Positions 13,507 through 37,299 of a DNA stretch of 64,000 bases are shown piece by piece (the first letter of the stretch is position 1; each line of letters starts with the position of its first letter). A program made the position numbers and the translations under genes. The stretch is from assembly GCA_051294375.1 (NCBI GenBank), contig CM119270.1, positions 7,156,564-7,220,563 on the forward strand, written 5' to 3'. This stretch comes from Paraspadella gotoi. Its lineage: Eukaryota; Animalia; Chaetognatha. Under the pieces are notes generated by a model, which was not told the DNA's origin, did not search any database, and was given only the letters and a program-made list of their open reading frames with translations.

Positions 13507-15055
13507 AAGAGTATTATTGAAGAAGAGAGAAAAGCTGAAGGACTCGAGGCTGGAGATGAATGCATTAGAGAGAGAAATGAAAAGAAAAGAAAGAAAAAAA
13601 AATCTGATCGAAAAAAACATAAGAAGGAGGAAGACTATTCAGGCTCGTTATTTTGCTGCTTGAGATTTTCTTTACCGTGTATTATATTATGCATACATAT
13701 TACAAATAACAGATTTAACACGTGGGTATATATACTTTCTCGGCGTTTTCAAACTTAACTCTACACAAACGAATTTAAATCCGCTACTGTCTAATACGAA
13801 TAGTATATATTAAATTGCTTTACCTATTTCATTATTCAAAACTCGTTCATTAATAATATGATATCTTTACAACCAATACATGAAATTGGACAACCAATAT
13901 AAAAGAGGACAATATAATATTTAATTTAAATTTAATATTTATAACATATATATTATATATATTCATTTCTACATGATTAGTTCCCAGCCAATTGAGCAGA
14001 CGTCGAATATCCTTCGCGACTCATCCAATAAAAAATAAATAAGAATCTCGAATTCGGGTTTTCGCGATTTCGAAGCCTCAGATTTCTGCGTTGGGAAAAA
14101 AAAAAGAACAAAAAAATATATTATCGATTTCCCTCAAAATTCTTATTACTCTTTCGGTCTTCTTCGTCGGTCGTTGGTTATTGGCTATGTTGTATTGCCT
14201 GTAAATCATCTTTATCTCATACTATACGTCAACTAATATTTAGTGGTCTTGAAATATTGGGAAACTCTCTCCTCTCTCCTCTCTACTCTCTCTTCATTCT
14301 CTCTCGTCTCTCTCTCTCTTCTATATGAGTGCGTGTGACAATGTGACGACAGCCTCCATCTGCCATAATCTATACTTTTTTTTTCCCATTTTTCTGGAAC
14401 ACAATAGTCTGGGAAAGGAAAACTCGATAAAACCATAAAAAAGACAAAAAAAGGCAAAATAAGCTTTTTTCTTTTGCAAACAAACATAACGTCTTACGCG
14501 ATATATCAGAAATATTTTTAAACAAAAATTAAAACTTTTTATTTTTTATATACTCAAACCGAAAACTCGATCATAAAAGTGGATAAGCGTAATCATCGCC
14601 CGACGCTAATTCTATCATCTTTTTGAACTCATTAATGCGTTTCAACGAAAAATTCATCGATTGACGCATTTTTTGATTAAACTCACTCTGTGACTGAATC
14701 GGTAAAAACTACCTCATCGCTTCTACATCAAACGGTCGCGCGGAACAACAGCGACGGAACTGTGAGGGGATGGAGAAAACGATGTTGTGATTCTATTGGC
14801 GGTCGGGGATGAAGGAATTCACTCAAACTTTCACCTCTGCCTTGAACGTTGATTCTTTCACGAATCTTCACTTATTGTGAAGAAGAGGTTCGCTAGTTAA
14901 AATTTGAGACTGACGTTTCCATTTCTTTTATAAAAACGTCTATTCTCAAAAATAGTACTATTCATTTAAGTAAGTAACTGGATTTGGCTTCCAAAATCCC
15001 GTTCGAAATCATTCCAGAATCTTCCTCCTCTTTCCGGATTCCTCTTCTTTTAAAT

Positions 15056-15624
15056 CATCTCTCTCTTCTCTCTCTCTCTCGTTTTTCATCGAAATGTTAG
15101 TCTTTTTTGTTTATGTATATAACTTCCCACGCTCAGAGTATCGCTTGACTTTATTAAATTCTGCGCAGCTAATTCGACGCGCAGCCGAAGCTTTTTTTGA
15201 CAAAGTTTAAAAAATTATGTTAAAGATATTTTACGTATGATATTCCAATGTTTGTAATAAAGAACTTTTAATGGACAGTGTCTGAAAACTGAATCTAAAA
15301 TCCGATTCTTAGTAACGATAACTTTGACCCTGAATCTACAATCGATACATCTAGAATTCTCGAATTTAGAATCACCTTCGCCTTAAAATCTTCCGTTTGA
15401 CCAAATCTCGGGATTTGTTGACGACGACGACGACGACGACGACGAAAATGAATCTTCCGGCGACGGAAAACCAGATGTTGGGGATTATGATGATGATGAT
15501 GATGATGACGATGATGATGATGATTATGATGATGATGATAATGATGATGATAATGATTAAATAGAAAAATTAAGAGATATAAAGTATTCAAAAAATAAAA
15601 TATAAAAATCGAAAAAAGGATAAA

Positions 15625-15656
<32 letters not shown>

Positions 15657-15819
15657 NNNNNNNNNNNNNNNNNNNNNNNNNNNNNNNNNNNNNNNNNNNN
15701 NNNNNNNNNNNNNNGAAAGAAAGAAAGAAAGATAGAGAGACCAACGCGTGGTTTGATGTCCACTCGTCTTGACACGGATCCCCTCGGAGTCAAGAGGCCA
15801 GGATCGGCTCTGGGGAGGG

Positions 15820-15853
<34 letters not shown>

Positions 15854-18717
15854 NNNNNNNNNNNNNNNNNNNNNNNNNNNNNNNNNNNNNNNNNNNNNNN
15901 NNNNNNNNNNNNNNNNNNNNNNNNNNNNNNNNNNNNNNNNNNNNNNNNNNNNNNNNNNNNNNNNNNNNNNNNNNNNNNNNNNNNNNNNNNNNNNNNNNNN
16001 NNNNNNNNNNNNNNNNNNNNNNNNNNNNNNNNNNNNNNNNNNNNNNNNNNNNNNNNNNNNNNNNNNGCAAACATAAATATAAACAGACAAACATGATGAG
16101 GGAGAGTAGAATACTATAATATGGAAATTTATTCAAAATGTGAAATCAGACTAAACTCGAAAAAAAAAATTTATAAATTGTAATATTTATTACAGCATTA
16201 GCAAAAATTAATTAATAATTGATAACAATTAATATCGAATAATTAATAAAGAATATATAAATAAAAAAAGGAAAGTCCTTCGCCGAACTTCGAATTGAAT
16301 TTTGTTTTCGTCTTCGAGTCGAAAAACAAAAATTCCGGTTCAGTGGAGAGAGAGAGAGAGAGAGAGNNNNNNNNNNNNNNNNNNNNNNNNNNNNNNNNNN
16401 NNNNNNNNNNNNNNNNNNNNNNNNNNNNNNNNNNNNNNNNNNNNNNNNNNNNNNNNNNNNNNNNNNNNNNNNNNNNNNNNNNNNNNNNNNNNNNNNNNNN
16501 NNNNNNNNNNNNNNNNNNNNNNNNNNNNNNNNNNNNNNNNNNNNNNNNNNNNNNNNNNNNNNNNNNNNNNNNNNNNTTATCGGCAACGGAGAGAAGGGAA
16601 GTTGGAAAGGATTAAAGAATTATACCTTGAGTCGAGCACCTGTCGAAGGCGGGCGAAGCCACGATGCCACCTGTTTCGTGATGCGGGGGTGCAGTCTCAC
16701 TGTCTGTAATGTTGATCGAATATTCAGGTCACACATCGAGGCCACACATATTTATTTTTACGATTCTAGACGAAGCAACCGTGTCACTTTTTATTAGAGT
16801 CTGGAGTCTGGATTATAGAAACAAATAATGATAAAACTCTTAATTTACTTGGCAAAATCTAGCAAACCAAACTAACAAACTTACCTTTATATAAGGAACA
16901 TTAACCGTTTGATGTACAGTTATTTTTTTTTCTCTTTTCATCAATTTTAACTTTGATCTAAGTCAATTACTCAAGACGACGATTTGCTTTCAATCTGGGT
17001 AAATTCCCGAAAGCCACTGTGCCGTCCGTGTCTCCCGCCGGATTTTATGCGAAGCCTCTGTGCCGAGGCCGCCGACCGTAGAATTTCTCGTAATTTATTG
17101 AGCAACTTGTTTTATCAATTGATAATCCGTGGAAACCCACCGTGCCACCTGTTCAGTCGGTATTAATCATCCAAAGATTGATTGAATCTGATCATTTTTG
17201 TCGTCATCGTTGTCATCGTTGTGATGATTGTCATCGTCATTGTTGTCTTTACTCTTAATGCCGACTAAATCAATTATTTAATTAATTGTTTAGTGGAACA
17301 TTTTACAGGTTTTCGCTACGAATTTCTACGTCAGTATTCCCAAGGGATTATTCATATTTTAAAATCTCCGGTAATAATTTTAAATCACTCGGTCTCTGCA
17401 CGAAATTGTTCTTTTTTTTCCTATTTCCGTGCACAGTTGTTGTATCTCCCGTTAAACACTTGGATTCACACCGTCTGACCTTTTGTGAAATCCAATCGAG
17501 CCGAGATCGAGCCAGTGTGTGTGGGAGGAGAGAAAATATAAAAGAAAAAGTATTAACCTAAAANNNNNNNNNNNNNNNNNNNNNNNNNNNNNNNNNNNNN
17601 NNNNNNNNNNNNNNNNNNNNNNNNNNNNNNNNNNNNNNNNNNNNNNNNNNNNNNNNNNNNNNNNNNNNNNNNNNNNNNNNNNNNNNNNNNNNNNNNNNNN
17701 NNNNNNNNNNNNNNNNNNNNNNNNNNNNNNNNNNNNNNNNNNNNNNNNNNNNNNNNNNNNNNNNNNNNNNNNNNNNNNNNNNNNNNNNNNNNNNNNNNNN
17801 NNNNNNNNNNNNNNNNNNNNNNNNNNNNNNNNNNNNNNNNNNNNNNNNNNNNNNNNNNNNNNNNNNNNNNNNNNNNNNNNNNNNNNNNNNNNNNNNNNNN
17901 NNNNNNNNNNNNNNNNNNNNNNNNNNNNNNNNNNNNNNNNNNNNNNNNNNNNNNNNNNNNNNNNNNNNNGACAGAGACAATATTTCTTTCTTCGAACGAA
18001 CGATATCTATTTATTCCCTTCGGAAATTTCCGTCTCTTTCTTCTCTTTGATTTTTCTCGGAAATTCGTTAATTAATTTTACCGCGCCATTCTTTTAAGCA
18101 TTGAAAATTTTATCACGGTTCGTTTCACCATTTTTCGTTTTATCACGATTCCTTTTATTATTTTTCGTTTTATCACGGTTCGTTTTATCATTTTTATCAT
18201 TTTATAATAATGGCTCATTTGATTAGATTTTCTTCGACGAAGGTTCATATTACCATTTTTAGTTAAACCAGGCCAGGGTTTGTTTTATAATTTTTAATTT
18301 CACCACAATTTTAATCATTATTTTGATCCAAAATACTTTTCCCCTTTTGTTTAGCTTGATTAGATATTTTTGGTTGACAGCCACTCTTGCTGAATTTCTG
18401 TATCTCTTTCAGCTTTGACGCATGCCATTTTCTGTCTGTGAGGTATTGGTCCATCTATCTGTGAAACTGAATGTTTACATATGCCCTTCTATCTCTCGGT
18501 CTGTATGTCAATAAGAATTAAGCATAACTATGCTTTTCCAGGTAAAATAATAATATACAATTCCGGTAATAAATTTAACATTGATAACCAATAATCAAGT
18601 CAATCTTCGTAAAAAAAAGTAAAATAAAATAATAAATTTATCATAATTTCCAATATTTTTTTTCTCGCAGCTGCGACTTCATTTTTGAACTTTTCATCAA
18701 GTTTTTTTTCCCTCAAA

Positions 18718-18801
<84 letters not shown>

Positions 18802-18963
18802 GAGAGAGAGAGATTTTGTTTTCTCTTGCGGGTGGCCTCTATTAATTCGTCGTGGAGTAAAATTAGCGAGAATTATAAAAGGGATTATCTCTTCGAAGAA
18901 AAGAAAATCCGGGGTGAGAGATAGAGTCATTCATATGCGCGACAGAGAGGAGAGAGAGAGAGA

Positions 18964-19032
<69 letters not shown>

Positions 19033-20307
19033 AGAGAAAGCAATATACAAACAACGAAAAATGGGAGTGAATTTTATAGTATTATATCATTAATATTATT
19101 CATTATATTATTATTATTAATTATTATTATATTATTATTATTATTATTTTATTTAGTATTATTATTATTATTTATTATTTGTTTGCTCTGTTTTCTTTTA
19201 AAAAAAAGTAGATTGACGACAATTTATACATCCTCGGGGCTGTAAAATGACAACAAGAAAATAGTTTGTGCTTTTCTCTCTCGTGGAAAAAAAAATTTAA
19301 ATGTTGGATTTCAGGTTTGATCTATAGAATAAAAGATAAAAAAGAATCGTACTCCGTCATTACTAAAAAAAGTCAATTAAAGAAAAAAAATAATGAAATA
19401 ATAAAGAGAAAGAGACAATACTAAGAATGAGGAGAAGAGAGAAGAGGGGAAGAAAATGTGCGAAAGCGAGAGAGAGAGAGAGAGAGAGAGAGAAGGAGAA
19501 GAGAGAGGAGAGAGAGATTTCAATCGATCATAATTCAGGGTGGACTGGCGATGGAAACACCGAGAGGAGAATCACGATTTATCTCGTGACATCATCAACC
19601 GGGGACTCTGATCAAGACACTGTTGGGTAATCCCGTTTTCTTTCGTATTTTTTACTGCATTTTTTACTAAATAAAAAAAAAGGCAAATGGCCTAGTGGTA
19701 AAGGTTTAGGAACCATAATGATAATATTTACTCCATGATATTCATTGGTATACTTAAATACTTTTCCAATTTGCAATGTCCGCACTGATCCTTAATTGTT
19801 TTGAATTTTATTTTTAACTGTCAATTTGTCTCTTTTATTTCAGAAAAGAAAAAAAAATTTTTTTTACTAAATAACAAAAACTATTTTTAAAACTTTGATT
19901 TATCAATTAACTTCAAAACCTGAAGAAATGAAATAGAAAGAACGAATATGATGTGTGTAGAGTAAAAGTTTTTTCCAAGGAAATTTGAGTTTAGAAATTG
20001 CGATTAAATAATGAACAATATAGAAATGTAATTTAAACGGAATAATAAAAAGAAAAAAAAAAAATAGAAACGAGTTTTCAAGCAAACATTGGGATGGGAG
20101 TTCTTTTTTTTCTTTATTTTCAATCGTAGTTTGTTCTTTACTGAAACTTTTTTTTGTCAATCAAATTGTTAGACTTAGTCAATCTCCGATCCTTTGTCAC
20201 TAAAGTTTCATAACCGATCTATCGTCCGTTCATCTTTTTCAACGTCAAAAATTCTTTTCTCGTCTGGAGCACAAAATGGAGCGGGAGAAGCCTCAATTCA
20301 TTGTCTG

Positions 20308-20406
<99 letters not shown>

Positions 20407-21698
20407 CTCTCTCTCATACCTCCCTTTTTCTTAATGTTTTCCTATTCTTCCACGCACCAAAAAGGAAAAGAGAATCTGATAATTCAGCGCCGAGGATTTT
20501 CAGACGAAGAAAACAGCGCCGTGGTAACGGCGCCGAAAAGACGGCGCCGAGAAAAACAGCACCGAGTCCAATATTCGGCGTCACAAAAAACACCGTTCAC
20601 TAAGATTGGTGCCGAAAATTATCACAAGATTTGATTTAAATGAAGGACGAATTTATTTTCTTCAAGCTAAAGAAAATCTCGTGACTGAGAGATTGAAAGG
20701 CAGATATTCGTCACAGGATATACAGTGTTGGATTTGCGGGTGCTGAATATCCTGCTCTAGATATGCGCGCGTGCTGAATATATGATTCACTGATATGCTA
20801 GACAGATATGCAGCTTTGGATATTCGGGTCCGGATATGCGGTTGCAGGATATGTGTGCTGGTTGATTCGGCACTAGATTATGAATATATGGTATTGAATA
20901 CACAGTGAGGGATATGCGGTGCTATCCGAACGGGCTGGAATAATTGGATATGCTGTGATGGAGATGCAGTGCCGAATATCCGCCTGTTTTTCGGTCGCCG
21001 GAAATTTCCTCGGGGCGACTCCGTCGAATCTCACTTGTTGATTTTGGCTTTTTTCATTCCGGGTCAATCGATAAATGGGCGGAGGCTGACTCGCTCTCTC
21101 TCTCTCTCTCTCTTTCTCTCTCTTTCTTTCCCCTTCTTTCTTTTCTATTCTTTCTTTCTTTCTTCTTTCTTTCTTTCTTTCTTTCTTTCTTCTTTCTTTC
21201 TTTTTTCTTTCTCCTTTCTTCTCTTTCTCTCTTTTCTCTTTCTTCTCTCCTCTCTCTCTCTCTCTCCTCTCTCTCCTCTCTTCTCTCTCCTCTCTTCTCT
21301 CTCTCTCTTCCTCGTCTCTCCACGTCTCTCACCCTCTGTCCCTCTCATATGTATTTTTCTCTGATTTTCCTTTTCGTTCGTCCCTCTTTCCCTGTCACGG
21401 ACACCAACTCCGCCTAAGGGTGATTGCGGTAATAGAATGTCACCGACATGAGTGGGAAACATTCCTTATTTTTATCGCAACATTTTTTCCATTACATTTT
21501 GCCTACTTCAATGTCTGTTCAATTTTCTTTTACAGTTTTCTACATTAACTTAAACTTTAATCGTAACTGGATAAACTAACCCGCAGATAATATTTCATCC
21601 TTTCTCGTTTCAAACGTTAACGTGCGGAAAAATCTCTCGTGGTTAATTCCAGTGTGTTTGCCTTGTAAGTGTTTGACCAGTAGCTGAGAAGAGAGATG

Positions 21699-21757
<59 letters not shown>

Positions 21758-23752
21758 TGAGAGAGAGAGAGAGTAAGAGGAGAGAGAGAAAGCTGAAGGA
21801 CTCGAGGCTGGAGATGAAAATGCAATAGAGAGAGAAATGAAAAGAAAGAGAAAAAAAAAAAAATCTGATCGTGAAAACATAAGAAGGAGAGATTTTTCTA
21901 TTCAGATGCTTCGTCTATTTTTGCTGCTTTAGATTTCTTACCGGTGTATATAATTACATGCATACATATTAACAAATAACAGATTTCAACCAGACGTGGT
22001 ATACAAAGGTTTACTTTTCTCGCGTATTCAAACTTAACTTTACTCACACAAACCGAATTTAAAATACGCTAACTGTCTAAAATACGAATATAGCATTACT
22101 GACCAATATTAATTGCTTTAACCTATTTCCACTTATTCAAAAACTCGTTCATCTAAATAATATATGAATCGGTACACAGGCGACCAATACATGAAATTGG
22201 TACACCAATATAAAAGAGGACATATAATTATTAATTAAAATTTAATATTTATAACATATATTATTTAATATATATTCATGTCTCATTGATAGTTTCCCCA
22301 AGCCAATGAGAGCACGTCGATATCCTTCGCGACGCATCCATAAAATAAATAAAGGAATCTCGAATCGGGTTTTCGCGATTCGAAGCTCAGATTTCTGTTG
22401 GGGGAAAAAAAAGAACAAAAAAAAAAAAAAAAACTTCAAATCGGATTTTCCCCTCAAAATCTTATTACTTTTTTTCGTCTTCTTACGTCGTCTTCCGTTG
22501 GGTTATTGTTGCTAGTGTTTATTATTTCTGCCTCTGGGTAATATTCAATCTTTTTTATTTCTCGATACTATAACGTAGCTACGAATAGTTTTTATGTCTT
22601 CTTGAATATTGGAAAGGTCTCGTCTCTCTCGCTCCGTCCATAGCTCGCTCACGGCGATCTCGGTCTCTCTCTCCTCTCCTCTTCTCTCTCTCTCTCTCTC
22701 CTCTCTCTCTGCTCTCTCCTCTTCTCTCTCTCTCTATTAGTGAGTGCGTGTGACAAATGTGACGAACAGCTCCATCTGCCAATATATCCACTTGTTTTTT
22801 CCCATTTTTTTTTTTCTGGAACCACAATAGTCCTGGAGGAAACTCGATACAAACCTAAAGAAAAGGAAATTAAGCTTTTTTCTTTTGCAAAACAAACATA
22901 ACGTCTACGCGATATAATCAAACAAAAATAGTTTTTAAAACAAAATTAAAACGTTTTTATTTTTTTTTATTTACTCACACCCGAAACTCGATCTAAAAAG
23001 GTGATAAGCGTAATCCATAGCGACGCTAATTTCTAATCATCTGTTTTTACTCTTAATGCGTTTCGACGAAAATTCATCGTTGACAGGATTTTTTTTTTGA
23101 TAAACGTCACTCTGGTGACTGAAAATCGGTAAAAACTCCCTCATCGACGCATTCTCTAACATCAAACGGGTCGCGCGAACACAGCGACGGGGAACTGTGA
23201 GGGGATGGGAAAACAGACTGTTGTGATTCTAATTGGCGGGTCGGGGACGAAGGGAATTCACTGTCACATCAAACATCCGACATCACCTCCAGTCAAACAC
23301 CTTGCCTGAGACGTGATTACTGACTTTCTTTTCACCAGATCTTCTTTCACCCACTTTTTGGGAAGAAGGAGGTTCGCTTTAGTAAAAATTTGAGACTGAC
23401 AAGTTTCCATTTTCTTCTTTTATAAACGCTGTCATTATTCTCAAAAAGTTAGTACTCTTACACATATTTCAACTATTTTCAAATTTAAGTAAGGGTAGAT
23501 ACTGTAGTGTGCCTTGCGGGATTTGGCTTCAAAATCCCGTTCGAATGAAAAAGAATCAATTCCAAGATCTTTCTCACTACTACCGAATTTCCTCTTATTA
23601 TTTATAATCCTTTCTTCCTCTTTCGATATTTTACTGTGGATGATTTCCGGTTTCACTTTTTTTTTTTTTTTTTTAGCACTTTTTTAACCTCTTTGCCTTA
23701 GATGTGATGGACTCTCTTCATCTCTCTCTCTCTCTCTCTTCTCTCGTCCTCT

Positions 23753-23794
<42 letters not shown>

Positions 23795-24267
23795 TCCTCT
23801 CTCTCTCCCTCGTCGCTCACTCCTTTCCATCTTCTCTATTCTCTCTCTCTCTCTCTCTTCTCCTGTTTGTTATTTGCATCGTCCAAAGTTCGATGTTCCT
23901 TCCTCATTTTAATTACTTTATTCTTGGTCCCCCACCCAAGAACATAAAATCCTCGTCGATAATCCAATCAATGCGATATTTTTTTTTCTTTTCTCGGGCA
24001 CCGGCGATGGTCCTCGTGCTGGCAATGTCCGACGTCGTGATATTCGTCGTTTGTCGTCGTTGTTCGTCGTCGTCGTCCCGTCGTCGTCCGTCGTCGTCGG
24101 TCGTGCGTCTTCTGTTAGATGACTTCCGCTTGAGGAATACGAATTCATACAACGATCTGAATAGAATATAATATTTCACAACTCAATCTCCCTATTTCGC
24201 ATTGCGCCCTGCGATAATGAATCATACGTATGTACTTTCTTGTCACCTTTCTTTCTCTCCCCTCTCC

Positions 24268-24298
<31 letters not shown>

Positions 24299-25311
24299 TT
24301 CTCTCTCTCTCTAAGGAATTCACTTAAAGACATCCAGTCATGATGCTTTTTCTTTCTCTCTCAGGTGTCCGAATCGCAAAGCGTTTATTTAATTTCCCAA
24401 CGACTTTTTTCTTTCGTTTTTTTTTAAAACTTATGACTTTAGTCCTTTTGTTTAATTTTTTTATACATAGTTCCTCTTCACCCTCACACCCCACTACTTA
24501 TATTTTTTTTATTTCAGACCAAAATAATAAAAAAACAACTTTAATCAGGAACACAAAGTTCGTCAAAACGTTTTCCCATCGTCAGCCAACGCCACTAAAC
24601 GTCAACACCGCGCCAATCTTTTTTTTCTACCGCAGCGCCATTTTAACGTTCAGGCGACGCCATTCACGCCCAGTATTCCCAGCGCCAACCCATCACGCTT
24701 TTTGCGGTTAAGCCGCCATCTTTGACTCTTCATAAATCTCCGGCGAACGGCCTGTGACCTCGGGAGCGAGGTGACCGGACGGTGCGAGTAGACAGGGGAC
24801 GATGATGATGATGATGATGCTGATGATATGATGATGATAGCGACGACGATACCAATTATTAACGATGACTCGAAAAATATAAGGAAGTGGTCTTTTCATA
24901 CAATTGAAACATTCTTTAAAATTCTTGTTTTATGTATGTAATGTATGGTATAGGACGATTAAGGTCAGGGAAGATTGGGTTATAAAATTCACTGATGGGA
25001 AACATAAAATTTGTAAAAACCAACTCCCGGATGTGGCCTTCGGTCCAAGGGATGAAAAAAAAAACCGTTAACTATCGAGGACAGATCAGTTCTATCGGTT
25101 GGGACGTTGATATGGCAGTGGCAAGAAGAGGTCTGAAGTTTTCAGTTGTTAAATTAGTTGTTTGATGGTCTGACAAGGTATATAGGTATCAGAAAATCAA
25201 TCCTTTCATGGTGGTCTGACTGAATGGCGAGTGAGTGGCTCTCTCATGTCAGATTTGCTAATATCGGCCCGACTTGGAAATCGGAAAGCGGATAAACTGT
25301 ACTGGCGACGA
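15056..25311. repeat. Copy B of the duplicated block
   Basis: Directly follows copy A at a CT-tract junction. Lacks the insertions at 5343-6821 and 7998-8623. Extends further 3' than A and becomes noisier toward the 25-N gap at 25312. Confidence 0.9.
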
Positions 25312-25336
25312 NNNNNNNNNNNNNNNNNNNNNNNNN

Positions 25337-33808
<8,472 letters not shown>

Positions 33809-33833
33809 NNNNNNNNNNNNNNNNNNNNNNNNN

Positions 33834-33922
33834 TCTCTTTCCGGTTTTATTCTTCTGTGATGATACTTTTAAATTCAATTTTTTTATTTCCGCACTTTTT
33901 TACCTTTGCCTTGATGTGATGC

Positions 33923-34020
<98 letters not shown>

Positions 34021-34385
34021 TTCTCTGTTGTTATTCATCGTCAAAGTTCGATGTTCCTTCCTCATTTTTATATATTTATTCTTTGGTCAGAAACATAAAA
34101 TCCTCGTCGATAATCACAAAAAAATGCGATATTTTTTTTCTCGCACGCGATGGTCCTCGTGCTGGCAATGTCGACGTCGTCGTTGTCGTCGTGTCGTCGT
34201 CGTCGTCGCTCGTCGTCGTCGTCTCTTTAGATGACTTCCGCTTGAGGATCCGAAATCATTACAAACGATCTGAATAGATATAATATTTCAACTCAATCTC
34301 CCTATTTCGCATTGCGCTGCGATAATGAATAATACGTATGTACTTTCTGTTCTTCTTTTCCCTTATCTCTTTCTCTCTCTCTCTC

Positions 34386-34441
<56 letters not shown>

Positions 34442-36840
34442 AAGGAATTTCACTTAAGACATCCACGTCATGATGCTTTTCTTGCTCTCAGGTGTCGCTC
34501 GCAAATGCGTTTATTTATTTCAACGACTTTTTTTCTTTCTTTTTTTTTAAAACTTAGACTTTAGCCTTTTGTTAATTTTTTTATACATAGTTCCTTCACC
34601 CCCTATATTATATTTTTTTTTTTTCAGACCAAAATATAAAAACAAACTTTAATCAAACACTTTTAACGGTATCGCATCAAGCGTCAAGTTTCCCATCGTC
34701 AGCCAACGCCACCTAACGGCACCCGCGCCATCCTTTTCTACCCAGCGCCATTTAACGTCAGGCGACGCCATTCTACGCCCAGTATTCCCAGCGCCACCAT
34801 CGCTTTGCGGGTTAAGCGCCTCTTTGACTCTTCATAAATCTCCGGGCGAATCGGCCTGTGACCTCGGGGCGACGGTGACGGACGGGCGAGTAGACAGGGG
34901 ACGATGATGATGATGATGATGTGATGATGATGATGATGATAGCGACGACGATACCAATATTACGATGACTCCGAAAAATATAAGGAGGGTCTTTTCATAC
35001 AATTGAAACATTCTTAAAATATTTTCCACTTCATTGATAGGAAGCCAGGTACTCTGGGAGTGATTAAACTCGACTGTGAGAGAGTCTTGATTGAAAGCTT
35101 GCAGGGACCTGCTATGATTATCTTGTAAGAGTGATGGAGGCCTTAAACCACCAAAGCTGGCCAAGGTCAGGGGCAAAATAGCCTATTTATTAAATGAATG
35201 GATAATTTTTATATTGGTTGTACCAATTTCATAATAAATTCCCTTTTTTTAATTGTAAATTTAAAAGTTAATAAAATTAAAGTTAACTTTAGTAAAAAAT
35301 TGACCTTCAATTTTTTTTTAAAAACTATTTGGGGCACTAAGGATTGTAGCGGTGTCGACTAACTGTTGCAGGTTGTTTCCAGAATTTGTTAAATCTCTGT
35401 TTTATGTATGTATGTATAGGACGATTAGGTCAGGAAGATTGGGTTATAAAATTCACTGATGGGAAAATAAAATTTGTAAAAACCAACTCCCCGGATGTGG
35501 CTTCGGTCTCAGGGATGAAAAAAAACCGTTTAATATCGAGGACAGATCAGTTCTCCGGTTGGGCTTGATATCAGTGCAAGAAAGAGGTCTGAAGTTTTCA
35601 GTTAAATTAGTTGTTGATTTGGTCTGATAGGTATATAGGTATCAGAAAATCAATCCTTTCATGGTGGTCTGATGGCGAGTGAGTGGCTCTCTCATTTCAG
35701 ATGCTATTGCCGACTTGGAAATCGAAAGCGGAAAACGTAATCGGTGGTGAGGAACGACGACGTCGACGACGACGACACTGAGGATGACGATGACGACGAC
35801 GCAACGACGATGACGAAGACGATGTTGAGGGCGACAAAGACGACGACGACGACGACGACAACGACACCAATCGACGGAAAAGTCAATCGAAGTTGATTTT
35901 GGAATTTTTCATTTCGGCCTTCCAGATCAACGGAGGAAGGAGAGAGAGAAAGGAGAGAGAGAGAGAGAGAAGAAGAGAGAGAGAGAGAAGAGAGAGAGAA
36001 GAGAGAGAGAGAAGAGAGAGAGAGAGAAAAGAGACGAGAGAGATTTAAGAAATGGAAAACCGGCGGCAAATAAAAGATGTTCGGGAAGGACTGAAAAGAA
36101 AGAGAAGCCCTGGAGACTGGAGAGAGATGCGAAAGTTTGGCTGCAAGATGGAAAGAGAGAGGAGAGAGAGAGAGAGAGAGAGAGATGTTGAAAGGAGTTG
36201 ATGATATACGGTGAGCGAGGGCCGCTTAATCCCGATCGTTGACCCTTCGTCAAAAAATCTGACAGAATCGTTTTGCAAAGTGTTGGCCTTCTTCGACCGA
36301 ACCAAGAAATCATAGTTCCATTCGATTCCATTGACTCCACCTGTTTCCATTTGATTTACGTTGATTCCATGTTATTTTTTTCCATGCGAATATTGTTTCA
36401 TTTCCTTATTACTATTTGATTGAGTTCATTGCTATTTACTTCATATGATTCCAATTCAAATTTAGAACTTTGTCTCAAATTTATTTATTCATTTGGATTA
36501 TCTACTACTACTATTATATGTTTATTTCAGATAAATAATCATATTTTGTTATACGTAATTTTTAATAAATACAAATGTAACATATTCACGCATGTATTAA
36601 TAATTTATGCACTTAATACTTTTAACTTAATTTGCATTCACGTTTTCTCTTCCTCATCTCTTCACCTTACCTTCCTTCCTCACCTTCTCTTGCAATTTTG
36701 CACCATTTATCTCCTCAGCGACGAGAGGTATTGCGTCACGTCGTCCTCGTCGTCGTCGTCAGTCGTCGTCGCCTAGACCCCAGGAAAATGGGCGACTTCC
36801 AACGAAACTCTGCCGATGTCTGTGTCATCGTTTATCGTCC
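33834..36840. repeat. Copy D (homologous to ~30990-33808)
   Basis: Starts after a 25-N gap with TTCCGGTTTTATTCTTCTGTG (cf. ~30998) and reaches GTCTGTGTCATCGTT (cf. ~33790) at ~36820. Confidence 0.9.
36210..36340 (-). CDS. Candidate internal exon (GVNGIEWNYDFLVRSKKANTLQNDSVRFFDEGSTIGIKRPSLT); second copy near 33180-33310
   Basis: Minus-strand AAACAG|GTGGAG acceptor and ACC|GTATAT donor bound a 131-nt open, non-repetitive frame. No homolog recognised. Confidence 0.25.
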
Positions 36841-36885
36841 TTGTAGAAGACGCGAGAGAGAGAGAAGAGAGAGAGAGGAGAGAGA

Positions 36886-36940
<55 letters not shown>

Positions 36941-37023
36941 TCGTTTCGCTTTCCTCGTCGTGTCGCGTGTTTATCTTTTGAGGGTCAAACAACGTCTTAA
37001 AACTAAGCGTCGTCGTCGTCGTG

Positions 37024-37065
<42 letters not shown>

Positions 37066-37299
37066 AGTCTCGTCGTCGTTATGCATCTGTAGTCGGTATC
37101 AACATCCGATCGAAATCGTAGCCGTCGTCATGCGGCAGTTGTCACTGATGCTATGCTGCAACTGCAGTTGCCCCCGCCGCTGCAACAGCTGCTCCAGCTG
37201 CCGCGGGCGCGATCCTCGAGCGATCAGCGCTAAATTCCATTTGCGCTTTTCCGTCGTGATGTCACTCGAGGAAATTTAACTTGATTCTAATCAATATTC

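Noticed and set aside
35570-35625. Minus-strand ENFRPLS resembling the LINE RT NYRPIS motif
   Set aside because: Downstream residues do not follow the RT consensus. Likely chance.
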